From Candidatus Hydrogenedentota bacterium (GTDB lineage: Bacteria > Hydrogenedentota > Hydrogenedentia > Hydrogenedentales > JAEUWI01), in assembly GCA_034669905.1 (NCBI GenBank), contig JAXMOL010000050.1:1-54214 (forward strand): a stretch of 54,214 bases of DNA. Direction: 5' to 3'. Of the stretch, positions 1-8,988 are shown piece after piece. How positions within the stretch are numbered: the first letter of the stretch is position 1; every line of letters starts with the position of its first letter. A program made the translations under genes and the position numbers. The notes below the pieces were generated by a model that did no database searches, was not told the DNA's origin, and worked only from the letters and a program-made list of their open reading frames with translations.

Positions 1-19
1 CCTACGTCTCTTTCCAGAG

Positions 20-226
20 GGGGACAGCCCCGACTTTCAATGGCACCATGACCAACCACGCACTCGTGCTGGCCACACCGACTATCCCCCCAACGTGTGA
101 AAAACGATGTCGGTGCAGTCCCCGGGGACTGCACCGACGCAATGCACCCCAAATTACCGCGCCCGCGTAGTGGCCAACACTACAATGCCGAAGACCCCAG
201 ACAGACTGGACGTCGGGGCTGTCCCC
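20..226. repeat. Two head-to-head REPIN/MITE-like units (20-123 inverted, 124-226)
   Basis: Each ~104 bp unit is bounded by GGGGACTGCACCGAC ... GTCGGGGCTGTCCCC (imperfect 15-bp inverted repeats). The junction 109-138 is a perfect 30-bp palindrome. Confidence 0.9.
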
Positions 227-394
227 CTCTTCAACAACGACCCCGGAGCGGAGTGCGGGTTCTTCTACCCGCAGTAACCGCGACGTGAAACGTCACGCTT
301 CACATCCTCCATTTCACGATGCCCGCCACCACCAATCTCCCTCGCACACCCAAAGGTCACATCGCCGCTCGACCACTCATGCTATCATGAGCAA

Positions 395-1933
395 ATGCGA
401 AATCATCACGGCGTACCCAGCTTGAGTCCCCGCGACTTCCAGATTCCCGTCGCTTTCGCAGTGGCCAAGGTGCTACTGCACCTCGCGTTCCTTGGGCGCT
501 ACGGCATCTTCCGGGACGAATTCTATTACCTCGCCTGCGCGCGCCATCTGGACTGGGGCTACGTCGATCACCCACCCCTCTCCATTGCCTTTCTCGCCGT
601 ATGGACCGGCCTGTTCGGGGACAGTCTAACGGCCCTGCGGGTGCCAGCCCTTCTGGCGGGTGCCCTGATTATTCTGATAACGGGCCTACTGGTTCGGGAA
701 CTGGGCGGCCAACGTTTCGCACAGGCCCTCGCGTGCCTGGCCGTCTTCATCGCCCCCCTCTTCCTGGCCATCAGCAATTTCTACTCTATGAACGTCTTCG
801 ACCAGTTGTGCTGGGTCACCCTCGCATGGATCCTGGCCCGCTTTCTCCGCACCGGGGAGGGCCGCTATTGGATTCTCTTCGGCATCGTGGCCGGGGTAGG
901 GCTACAGAACAAGATCAGTGTGGTCTTCTTCGGCTTCGGCGTCGTCGTGGCCCTCCTGCTGACGAAACACCGAAAGGTTTTTCTAAAAAAGGAAATCTGG
1001 ATCGGCGGGGTGTTGGCAGGACTGATCTTTCTCCCCCACATCCTATGGCAGGTACACCACGGTGCGCCTACCCTGGAGTTCATGCACAACGCCACCACGC
1101 TGAAGAACACCCCCATGACCCCCCTCCAACTTTTCCTGGGGGTTATCCTCGAAATGCACCCCCTGAACGCGGCCGTCTGGATAGCCGGTCTTGGCTACGC
1201 GCTTTTCCATCCCCAGGGCAAACACTATCGGGTGCTTGGCCTATCCTTTCTTGCGGTGTTCTTCACCTTTGGATTCACCAATGGAAAGGTTTATTACCTG
1301 GCCCCCATCATGCCCATGTTGCTCGCGCTCGGCGCCGTGGCCTGGGAACGAGGCACCCGAAAATCCCCCCGATGGCGCACCGCACTCGTGGTGCCCATGA
1401 CGCTCCTGGGGGCAGTCTTCCTCCCCATCTCCCTGCCCATGCTGTCGCCCACGGGTTTCATGGACTACCAGGCGCGGCTCGGCATGGCGCCCGCCCAAAT
1501 GGAGCGCGGAGAGGCCAGCGCCCTGCCCCAATACTTCGCCGACCGCTTTGGATGGGAAGCGCTCGCCGCCTTCGTCGCAGAACAGTATGGCCCCCTGGCC
1601 CCCGAAAACGACAGCCCCCTGACCATCATCGTCGGAAACTACGGTGAAGCCGGTGCACTGGAATACTATTCCGACCAGTTCCCCCTGCCGCGCGTCGTTT
1701 CCGGCCACAACAATTATTATCTCTGGGGACCCGGCAACTTTACCGGCGACAGTTTCCTGGCCTATGGCATCGACCGGGAACAGCTGGAGGCAACCTGCGA
1801 ATCCGTCGAGGAGTTGGGCCGTTTCGAACATCCCTACGTCATGCCCTACGAAAACAACGTCCCCCTCTATCATTGCAGCGGCCTGAAGAAACCCATCGCC
1901 GAGATATGGCCCCTGGCAAAACGCTATATCTAA
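395..1933 (+). CDS. GT-C/GT39 (ArnT/PMT-like) integral membrane glycosyltransferase
   Basis: GIFRDEFYY...GYVDHPPL motif, many TM segments, C-terminal extracytoplasmic domain. Confidence 0.85.
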   Translation: MRNHHGVPSLSPRDFQIPVAFAVAKVLLHLAFLGRYGIFRDEFYYLACARHLDWGYVDHPPLSIAFLAVWTGLFGDSLTALRVPALLAGALIILITGLLVRELGGQRFAQALACLAVFIAPLFLAISNFYSMNVFDQLCWVTLAWILARFLRTGEGRYWILFGIVAGVGLQNKISVVFFGFGVVVALLLTKHRKVFLKKEIWIGGVLAGLIFLPHILWQVHHGAPTLEFMHNATTLKNTPMTPLQLFLGVILEMHPLNAAVWIAGLGYALFHPQGKHYRVLGLSFLAVFFTFGFTNGKVYYLAPIMPMLLALGAVAWERGTRKSPRWRTALVVPMTLLGAVFLPISLPMLSPTGFMDYQARLGMAPAQMERGEASALPQYFADRFGWEALAAFVAEQYGPLAPENDSPLTIIVGNYGEAGALEYYSDQFPLPRVVSGHNNYYLWGPGNFTGDSFLAYGIDREQLEATCESVEELGRFEHPYVMPYENNVPLYHCSGLKKPIAEIWPLAKRYI

Positions 1934-1934
1934 C

Positions 1935-2276
1935 GGGGAGTGCACCGACGCAATGCACCCCGAACTACCGTGCCGGCATAGTGGCCAACACTACAATGTC
2001 GAAAACCCCAGACAGACTGGACGTCGGGGCTGTCCCCCGGGGACTGCACCGACGCGATACCCCCCGAATTACAGCGTCCGCGTAGTGGCCAACACATCAA
2101 TGTCGAAAACCCCAGACAGACTGGACGTCGGGGCTGTCCCCCTCCCTCAGAGATCCACGTCTCTTTCCAGAGGGGGACAGCCCCGACATCCAATCGCACC
2201 ATGACCAAACACGTACCCGTGCTGGCCACAGCGACTATCCCCCCAACGTGTGAAAAACGATGTCGGTGCAGTCCCC
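1935..2276. repeat. Three REPIN/MITE-like units (1935-2037, 2039-2141, 2173-2276 inverted)
   Basis: Same 15-bp ends as 20-226. 1935-2037 is similar to 124-226, and 2173-2276 is similar to 20-123. Confidence 0.9.
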
Positions 2277-2279
2277 GCG

Positions 2280-3920
2280 CTACCGCTTCGCCAACGCCTT
2301 CACCTCTTCCGCGCCCAGGGCACCGCCATAAAGCCGCACCTCTTTCATGCGGCCATTGAAGTAGTCATGTTGCCCCAGCCCAATGCGCAGGGGCGCGCTA
2401 TTATTTACGTCCAGGCCCCCGTCCGATTTTTCTTCCACCTTCTCGCCATTCAGATAGAGCGACAGGGTGCCGCCGCTGCGCTGGGCCACCAGGTGCACCC
2501 AACCCGCCGGCATTTCCTCATCATGGCTGAGGGCCTTGCCCGCCTCGTAACTGTGAATCCCACCGGAAGGCAACACGCCACAAAACAGTTTTCCGTCATA
2601 AACCGCCATGCTCCATGCGCGGCGATACTTCACGTCGGGCGTCCTATCCAGGCGTCCCGTATTGGTCCAGTTCGTGCCCCCGTCATAGCGATAGACCTGG
2701 GCCAACGGCAGGGTACCGCCATAGATCTTGCCATTATAGACCGCCATGCCCATGCTCTCTTTTTCGTCTCCAAGCTGGCCCCGGTCCGACCATTCCCCCG
2801 GCGCACCCAACTCAAAGACCTTCCCCGTAGGCCACGAAGCCACAAACAGATTGCCCTCATACTGCATGAAGCCATAGCACTGGGTCGTGTCCGGCGGCGT
2901 GCCCATATCGGTCCAGCCGGGATCATCAAAGCGATAAACCCCGCCATAGTTCAAATCAAAACCAGCCCCCAGGAGCTGGCCATTGTGGACCCCCAACGCC
3001 TCTACCCGACCACCGGGATTCCCCACGTCGGTCCAGGTCGTACCCCCGTCATAACGGAACAGCCCGGCCGGCGCGTAGAGGGAAGAGCCGTAGAGCTTTC
3101 CCTTGTAGGTCACCAGGCCGTAGATGGCCTCACTCTCACCGAGCTTGCCGCAATCTTCCCACTGGTCTTTTCCTTTGAAACGATAGACCCGGCCACCGTG
3201 GAGATCATTTTCCGAATCGCCCAGCGAAGAACCCCGGGAGCGATAGTGGGAGGCCGCTACGTAGAGTTCGCCCTCATGAACCGCAAGCGCGGAAACCGCA
3301 TTGCTCGGAAAGGGCGAACCACAGTCTTCCCATTGGTCATCGCCCTTATAGCGATACAGATGGCCCGCTTCATTTTTCCCCATCTCAAAGGTGCCCGCGT
3401 AGAGGTCCCCCTTATAGACACACATAGCCATGGGATAAATCGCATTGCCGGGACGGCCCGCATCCTTCCACGGCCCCGGCTCGACCCCATCATCCACGCC
3501 GAAAAAGAGATTCCGATAGTTGGACTGGCCACACACGACCCCATGGTAATTCATGAGGCCAAAGTTGACGCCCTTTCGAGTAACCGGGTCATACTTCGTC
3601 ATGAGGTCACCCAGCGTATCGTCCAGCACTGCCTCGGTGTGTACCCAGAGGGCCACCGCAAAATCGGCGGTGCCGGGGTTCAGCGCTTCGCTGTGGGGCA
3701 CTTCCAGAAAGCTCGTGCGCCCATTGAAGGTCGCGCCCTCTTTGGCGTCGAAGGTGACCTCGTGCACCTCGGCGTTCAGGCCGTTGCCCGAAATATCCTT
3801 TCCATCGGCGGTCAGGGGCCAATGGGCCACGAGCGGCGCTTGCGCGAAGGCGGGTATCGCAACGGTGGTCATCGCTATCGCGACCATTCGGATTCCCCGT
3901 CGGACAGTATATTTAAACAT
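2280..3920 (-). CDS. Secreted LamG/ConA-like domain protein with a beta-propeller insertion
   Basis: Signal peptide (AIPAFA). LamG N-half (VAHWPL..DISGNG..FNG) and C-half (WVHLV..LYLNG..LRIG..FNGRMKEVRLY) flank repeated 'YxGxLY..RYDG..W.D.G' blades. ATG 3920 has a GGGAG RBS. Confidence 0.75.
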   Translation of the reverse strand: MFKYTVRRGIRMVAIAMTTVAIPAFAQAPLVAHWPLTADGKDISGNGLNAEVHEVTFDAKEGATFNGRTSFLEVPHSEALNPGTADFAVALWVHTEAVLDDTLGDLMTKYDPVTRKGVNFGLMNYHGVVCGQSNYRNLFFGVDDGVEPGPWKDAGRPGNAIYPMAMCVYKGDLYAGTFEMGKNEAGHLYRYKGDDQWEDCGSPFPSNAVSALAVHEGELYVAASHYRSRGSSLGDSENDLHGGRVYRFKGKDQWEDCGKLGESEAIYGLVTYKGKLYGSSLYAPAGLFRYDGGTTWTDVGNPGGRVEALGVHNGQLLGAGFDLNYGGVYRFDDPGWTDMGTPPDTTQCYGFMQYEGNLFVASWPTGKVFELGAPGEWSDRGQLGDEKESMGMAVYNGKIYGGTLPLAQVYRYDGGTNWTNTGRLDRTPDVKYRRAWSMAVYDGKLFCGVLPSGGIHSYEAGKALSHDEEMPAGWVHLVAQRSGGTLSLYLNGEKVEEKSDGGLDVNNSAPLRIGLGQHDYFNGRMKEVRLYGGALGAEEVKALAKR

Positions 3921-4039
3921 CGATATTCTCCCGTATGAGTTACATTGTATTGAAAGAAAACGTGGAGTCCCACGCTCAGGGCCGGAGGGGCCAGTCCGCG
4001 CGACAACTTCACGTTCATGATCGTGCATTGGTGACTTGC

Positions 4040-5521
4040 CTACCGTTCGCGCAATATGAAGTTGCTGGCATCGTTCACGTCCCCGTCGCCGTCGTATTTC
4101 ACCCGCTGCGGCCAGGGCACCAGGGGCCGGGTCATGGCCGGGGCGTCGTCTTTTGCCGGACGGTGCGCCACGATGCGATCCGGGGCCTGGCCCGTCTCCA
4201 CCCAGGCCACAATTTCACCGAGCCAATCCACGCCCGAAACACCCGGACCACCCCCGCAGTGATAACAGCCGGGAATCATGAAGAGGCGGGCATAGTCCAT
4301 TGCCTGGGGATCCCGGGCGAGCACCTCCTCATAGTAATCAATCGTGGCACCCGCGGGCAGGGCCGCGTCGGACCAGCCGTGCCACAAGAGCAGTTTGCCG
4401 CCCCGGGCCTTGAAGGCATCCAGGTTGGGGTCCGTGGCGTTCAGCACCGTGCCCGCCAGGTGGGTATCCTTTTTCCAGCCGTCGAAGTCATAGGTGGAAT
4501 AATCCCAATCGGGGTCATTGAAGACGAAGTACTTGTAGATGTTGGTGGTGAAGGCGTAACCCAGGTTGACCAGGTCCGGGATAGGCCCGACCTGCCATTC
4601 GAAAAGCCCGCCCGAACCCCGCTCGGCGCCCACGGGAAAGCCGGGGTAAATGGGGCCGTCGCTATTGCCCGGGCCGGTGTAGAGGGCGTCCAGTGCCCGC
4701 CGTTGATCGGTGGTGAGGCCGGGGATGCGCGACAGGTTCACCGTCACCGCCGTCGGGTCATCGATGATGCCGTCCTTCAGGCCATCGGCCTCGTCCACCT
4801 GCTCCATGATGGCGTCGTAGACCCTATCGAGGACTTCCTGGGTCAGATAGGTTTCCGACAGGTTGTTGGGGTCCGGATACTGCACCTGGGAAAGATAGAT
4901 GCCGAGAGCCGCGAAGCCCGTCCAATAAAAGGCCGGCGCCCCCGCCACAATACCATCAAAGTCTTTCGGGTAGCGCTGGGCCTCCATCATGGCCTGACCG
5001 CCGCCCCGGGAACACCCGACGAAATAGGACTTCTCCGGACCCTTCCCATAATAGCTGCGGATAATGGCCTTGGATACCTCGGCGGTCCGGTGGATAGCCG
5101 CATGGCCAAAGTTGACCAGGGCCTCCACATCGTCCAGCGCCCAGCTCCCGTCCGTGCCCCGACCCTGGTGTCCTGTGTCGGTGCCCGACGTGGCATAGCC
5201 CTCATTCACCGAACGCCAGATACCATTCTGCACCGAGCCCACCAGCCCACCGCCACCGCCCATGGCGAAGCGGCCATTCCAATCATCGGGCAGGAGCACC
5301 TCAAACCGTATGGCCTTGCCAATGACGCCCTCTACCTTCACGTGACCCACCGCCGGCTTCCCCGACTCCGTCGACCCATCGTGGTGGGTGGCCGCCGTAA
5401 TCGTGACGTCGGGCAGCTGCAGAGACGCCACGTCAGACGGCGAAGCCATCACAGGCGCTTCCGCCCAGAGCCCGCTGGCCCCTACCAGCACCACGGTAAT
5501 AAGTACGCACAGATTCTTCAT
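4040..5521 (-). CDS. Tannase/feruloyl esterase family alpha/beta hydrolase (secreted)
   Basis: WNGRF..GGGG, GTDTGH, GCSRGG nucleophile, HGWSD and HCGGG motifs; signal peptide. Confidence 0.92.
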   Translation of the reverse strand: MKNLCVLITVVLVGASGLWAEAPVMASPSDVASLQLPDVTITAATHHDGSTESGKPAVGHVKVEGVIGKAIRFEVLLPDDWNGRFAMGGGGGLVGSVQNGIWRSVNEGYATSGTDTGHQGRGTDGSWALDDVEALVNFGHAAIHRTAEVSKAIIRSYYGKGPEKSYFVGCSRGGGQAMMEAQRYPKDFDGIVAGAPAFYWTGFAALGIYLSQVQYPDPNNLSETYLTQEVLDRVYDAIMEQVDEADGLKDGIIDDPTAVTVNLSRIPGLTTDQRRALDALYTGPGNSDGPIYPGFPVGAERGSGGLFEWQVGPIPDLVNLGYAFTTNIYKYFVFNDPDWDYSTYDFDGWKKDTHLAGTVLNATDPNLDAFKARGGKLLLWHGWSDAALPAGATIDYYEEVLARDPQAMDYARLFMIPGCYHCGGGPGVSGVDWLGEIVAWVETGQAPDRIVAHRPAKDDAPAMTRPLVPWPQRVKYDGDGDVNDASNFILRER

Positions 5522-5694
5522 AATCTATTCTCCAGGTTCCTGGGCCTTGCTCGTCACGAATAAGATGGACCCAAATCGTAGCACGAACACGCACAGGAGT
5601 CGACCCAAGACCGACACAGTCCCCGCCGCTCCCCTTGGGGGCACCCATTTGTTACAATCGCCCCCGTAACCCCAACCCAATCGCAGGAAGTTCC

Positions 5695-6474
5695 ATGACG
5701 TCCATCCTCCAAGGCCACTTCACCCCCCGAAGCCTCCGCATCTATGTGGCGCTGGAGGCCCTTTGTTTTTACGGGCTCATCTTCCTGTGTTGGCGTCAGT
5801 TCCCTGTGGAAAATGCCTTCTCCATACTCACCCACACCTTCAGCTATCTCGGCAGTTTCAACGAAGACCGAAACCCCCACGGCTGGTGGCTCTTCTGCGT
5901 GGCGATGACGGGCTGGGGCTTCGCCACCATCCCCCTCGTGCGCTACATCGGACGCTGTCTCGCCCCCTTCGAAGCCCGCCAGGCCCACATCGCCACACGG
6001 CTCCTCGTCGCTGGCGCGATAGGCATCATCCTCGTGGGCCTTTTCCCCGATGCGCGGGAGACCCTCATCGGGCCCATCCGGTGGACCTCTGTGCACTACG
6101 TGGGCGCGTTGGTCCTCGTGGTAGGCTTTATCGTGGGCGTCCCCTGGACCGCCTGGGTCATTCGACGGGGTATAAAGGCGAAGCACCTCGACGCCCATAC
6201 CCGCCAGGCCTTGCAGCACGCCCGTTGGCCCCAACGTCTCTTCCTGGCCGTGAGCAGTGTGGCCCTGACTTTCCTCACCGCCTGGATATTTGTGTACGAA
6301 ATCCGCAAGGCCGCCGCCGAAGAAGCCGGACTCCTTTTCGGCAGCCCCTGGCAAGAAGCCATGAACACCCCCTACTCCTTCCCCCTCTGGGACAACGTCT
6401 TCGTCCACACCTTGTTTATCTATCTCATCTGGACCGCCCTCACCCTCCCACCCCCAAGGGACACCAGCAAGTAA
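5695..6474 (+). CDS. Integral membrane protein (DUF998-like)
   Basis: About 6 TM segments, 'FSYLG', 'VGLFP' and 'VHYVGA' motifs; AGGAAG RBS before ATG 5695. Confidence 0.6.
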   Translation: MTSILQGHFTPRSLRIYVALEALCFYGLIFLCWRQFPVENAFSILTHTFSYLGSFNEDRNPHGWWLFCVAMTGWGFATIPLVRYIGRCLAPFEARQAHIATRLLVAGAIGIILVGLFPDARETLIGPIRWTSVHYVGALVLVVGFIVGVPWTAWVIRRGIKAKHLDAHTRQALQHARWPQRLFLAVSSVALTFLTAWIFVYEIRKAAAEEAGLLFGSPWQEAMNTPYSFPLWDNVFVHTLFIYLIWTALTLPPPRDTSK

Positions 6475-6559
6475 CTGCGGAAAAGAACGTCCCCTACCAC
6501 CCTTTCCAATATAACCTAATGGGTGCCACACCGACGTCACGAAAGGGGGCCAAGGGCCC

Positions 6560-6589
6560 CACGGGCAGGGCCGCACGGCTTTGCCCGTG
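6560..6589. repeat. REP-like hairpin upstream of RAYT
   Basis: CACGGGCAGGGCC-gcac-GGCTTTGCCCGTG; near copy at 18759-18788. Confidence 0.65.
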
Positions 6590-6641
6590 CAGAGACGTCA
6601 CGTTACCCCCGCCTGCTATACTATCCCCAAGGAGGCCAAGC

Positions 6642-7295
6642 ATGGCGGAACGATTCAGCCAACCCCATGATCCCTACATCCAGGACCGGACGACCCGGCA
6701 ACGCACCCCACACCCCCAGGCGACCGAAGCCCCGAAAGGCACCTTTCACTTCGTGACCTGGCGTCTCGCCGATTCCATCCCCCAGGACTATCTGCACCAG
6801 TGGCAAACCGAGCGCAATGCATGGCTTCGCACCCATCCCAAACCCTGGGACGAGGCCACGGCAGAAAGCTATCGTGCGCGCTTCCCAAAGCGGCTGGAAC
6901 GCTGGCTCGACAAGGGCTATGGGGCCTGCCACCTGCGTAACCCCTACTGCGCCGACTTCGTGCGCCGTGCCATGCGCGCATCCGATGGGGAACATTACAC
7001 CCTCGCCACCTACGTCATCATGCCCAACCACGTCCACACCCTGGTCCACCTTCCCCACGGCGAAGACCTGGAAAGCATCGTCCAGGAATGGAAAAGCTAC
7101 AGCACCCGAAAGATCAATGGCCTCCTCCACCGCAAGGAAACCCTATGGCACACCGAAAACTGGGACCATGTCCTCCACGACACGGCCCAGCTCCAACGCT
7201 GTCGGGAGTACATCGCGCAAAACCCGGTCACCGCAGACCTGCGCGAAGATGAGTTTCTCCACTATGTGTCGCCCGTATTTATTCCGGAATGCTGA
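6642..7295 (+). mobile_element. REP-associated tyrosine transposase (RAYT; IS200-like Y1 HUH)
   Basis: FHFVTWRL, YVIMPNHVH (HUH), WKSYS, W...WDH and YIAQNP (catalytic Tyr). AGGAGG RBS and TGcTATACT -10 at 6614-6622. Confidence 0.85.
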
Positions 7296-7360
7296 ACATG
7301 ACTCTGCTACACTAAGGGATGTGAGGATATTAAGGGACTAACATTCGAGGGAGCAACCCC

Positions 7361-8338
7361 ATGCGTTATTTCACTTGCCTGATACTGCTAGTCGCCGCAG
7401 GCACCGCCCATGCCTGCGTAAACATCGAGGGCGTCACCCAGGAGGGCACCTATGAGATGGTGTCTGGCCAATCTCCTGTCGACCTCTTACGTTCCCGCAT
7501 GAAATCGAAACCCGCCAGCAAACTGGCCACCTTGTTCGGCGGCCCCGAAGATCACTACGAGTTGGAGCTGAAACTGGTCACACGACCGGAAGAACAAGAA
7601 GTCGACGCGGTGCGCGATATTCTTACGGGCCACTACACCGAGGCCATTGAAAAACTAACGGCACTGGAAGCCGAGAGTCCCGGTCGCTACAACACCGCGG
7701 CCAACCTCGGCACGGCCTATGAACTTGCGGGCGATAACCAGCAGGCCCTCCACTGGATTACCGAGAGCATTTCACGCAACGAGGATTCCCACTACGGCAC
7801 CGAGTGGCTCCATAAGAAAATCCTCGAAAGCAAGATCGCCATGGAGGGCGACCCGGAGTATTTGAAAAACAACCCCATCCTGCCCATTGACGAGGAAAAA
7901 ATCGCCGATCAGGCTATCATGCTCACCTACGACGGCCGCGAAATCGCGCGCGACGACTTATTGAAGGCGCTCCATTATCAATTGGGCGAGCGCATGCTCT
8001 TCGTCAAACCGAAAGATCCTGTCGTGGCCGATCTCCTTTATAGCTTCGCCCTCTTCGAGGCCCATACCCGCGTGCTCGAGCCCGCCGTCGAACTGCTCGC
8101 GCTCGCACGGGTATATGGATATCATGATTTGCCTGCCCTGGAAGCACGCATGCTCCAGTATCAGGAGATTATTGACAGCACGTGGAAGATTTCACCCGAG
8201 ACACTGATTCCATCCGCAATCTCCCTGCTGGTGCTGTGCGCCCTGCTCTACCCTATTATCCGTTTCGCATGGTCCCTTCGCCGCCAATTAAAGCGCGTCC
8301 ATGAACAAGGCTCCACATCAGCGCAGGCCGAAGACTGA
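7361..8338 (+). CDS. Exported TPR-containing protein with C-terminal TM anchor
   Basis: Signal peptide (TAHA/C), TPR-like 'AANLGTAYELAGD..AL.WI', C-terminal hydrophobic helix. Confidence 0.7.
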   Translation: MRYFTCLILLVAAGTAHACVNIEGVTQEGTYEMVSGQSPVDLLRSRMKSKPASKLATLFGGPEDHYELELKLVTRPEEQEVDAVRDILTGHYTEAIEKLTALEAESPGRYNTAANLGTAYELAGDNQQALHWITESISRNEDSHYGTEWLHKKILESKIAMEGDPEYLKNNPILPIDEEKIADQAIMLTYDGREIARDDLLKALHYQLGERMLFVKPKDPVVADLLYSFALFEAHTRVLEPAVELLALARVYGYHDLPALEARMLQYQEIIDSTWKISPETLIPSAISLLVLCALLYPIIRFAWSLRRQLKRVHEQGSTSAQAED

Positions 8339-8550
8339 CACGCTCACGAAGGAAGAATAGCGGGAAGAGTTTGGGATTCCGCCTTTCCATCATGTAGGCA
8401 CCACTTCCTTCTCCTCTTCTTCGTGCTCTTCGTACTACGATCCGGCGTTTTCTTTCCCTTTTAACAAGCAAATAGATTTCGAGCGTCCGTATCACCTTTT
8501 CCTTCTTAAAGTTGCACCCGTAAATCAGGGTTGGAGAGATTCCGAATTTT

Positions 8551-8700
8551 GACCACGGATTAAACGGATAACGCGGATAGGAGAACATCGTCCAATAGCA
8601 GGTCAGCTCAACGAATCCATCGTGGGTATGAATGGTATGAAGCCGAGTAGCGGTAGGGATTCATTTCAATACCTCCGTGCTATCCGTTTTATCCGTGGTC
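8551..8700. repeat. 27-bp inverted repeat pair built of 9-mer (CGGAT) units
   Basis: 8551-8577 GACCACGGATTAAACGGATAACGCGGA versus 8674-8700 TCCGTGCTATCCGTTTTATCCGTGGTC. Confidence 0.75.
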
Positions 8701-8988
8701 AATCATGTTGATTTCCATCCAGTGCTTTCTCCCCACAGAGACATAGAGGAGCGAAGAGAGTATTTCGTCTCTGCGTTCCTTGCGTTCTTTTGCGGCCAAC
8801 AAAATTCGTGTGAATTTGTGTGCATTCGTGGTTCAACTTTTTTGGGTTGCGGCCAACGGCTGCGCTAAGTCTTTCGTGGTGAAGAGCCTGAATAACACGT
8901 GCAGGACCACTCCCGCCACAGCCAGCCCACAGCCGGGTCGAGTAAGGGAATATGTTGGGCCCGGCCGGGCCCAACAGACACCACCCCA

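Noticed and set aside
97..288. Short ORFs sharing 'DVGAVP' peptides (97-288, 1873-2229, 11829-12274, 21717-22451)
   Set aside because: They are translations of the REP/REPIN repeats, not genes.
2250..5563. Long plus-strand ORFs 2250-3938 and 3935-5563 (also 13403-15379, 16951-18474, 20483-21868)
   Set aside because: Antisense to well-supported genes and lacking recognisable motifs.
5763..6641. N-terminal extension of the RAYT ORF
   Set aside because: It overlaps the membrane protein gene out of frame; RBS and promoter support a start at 6642.
8256..8588. 110-aa basic ORF in the low-GC spacer
   Set aside because: It overlaps the TPR gene end, starts in repeat sequence and has no recognisable motif.
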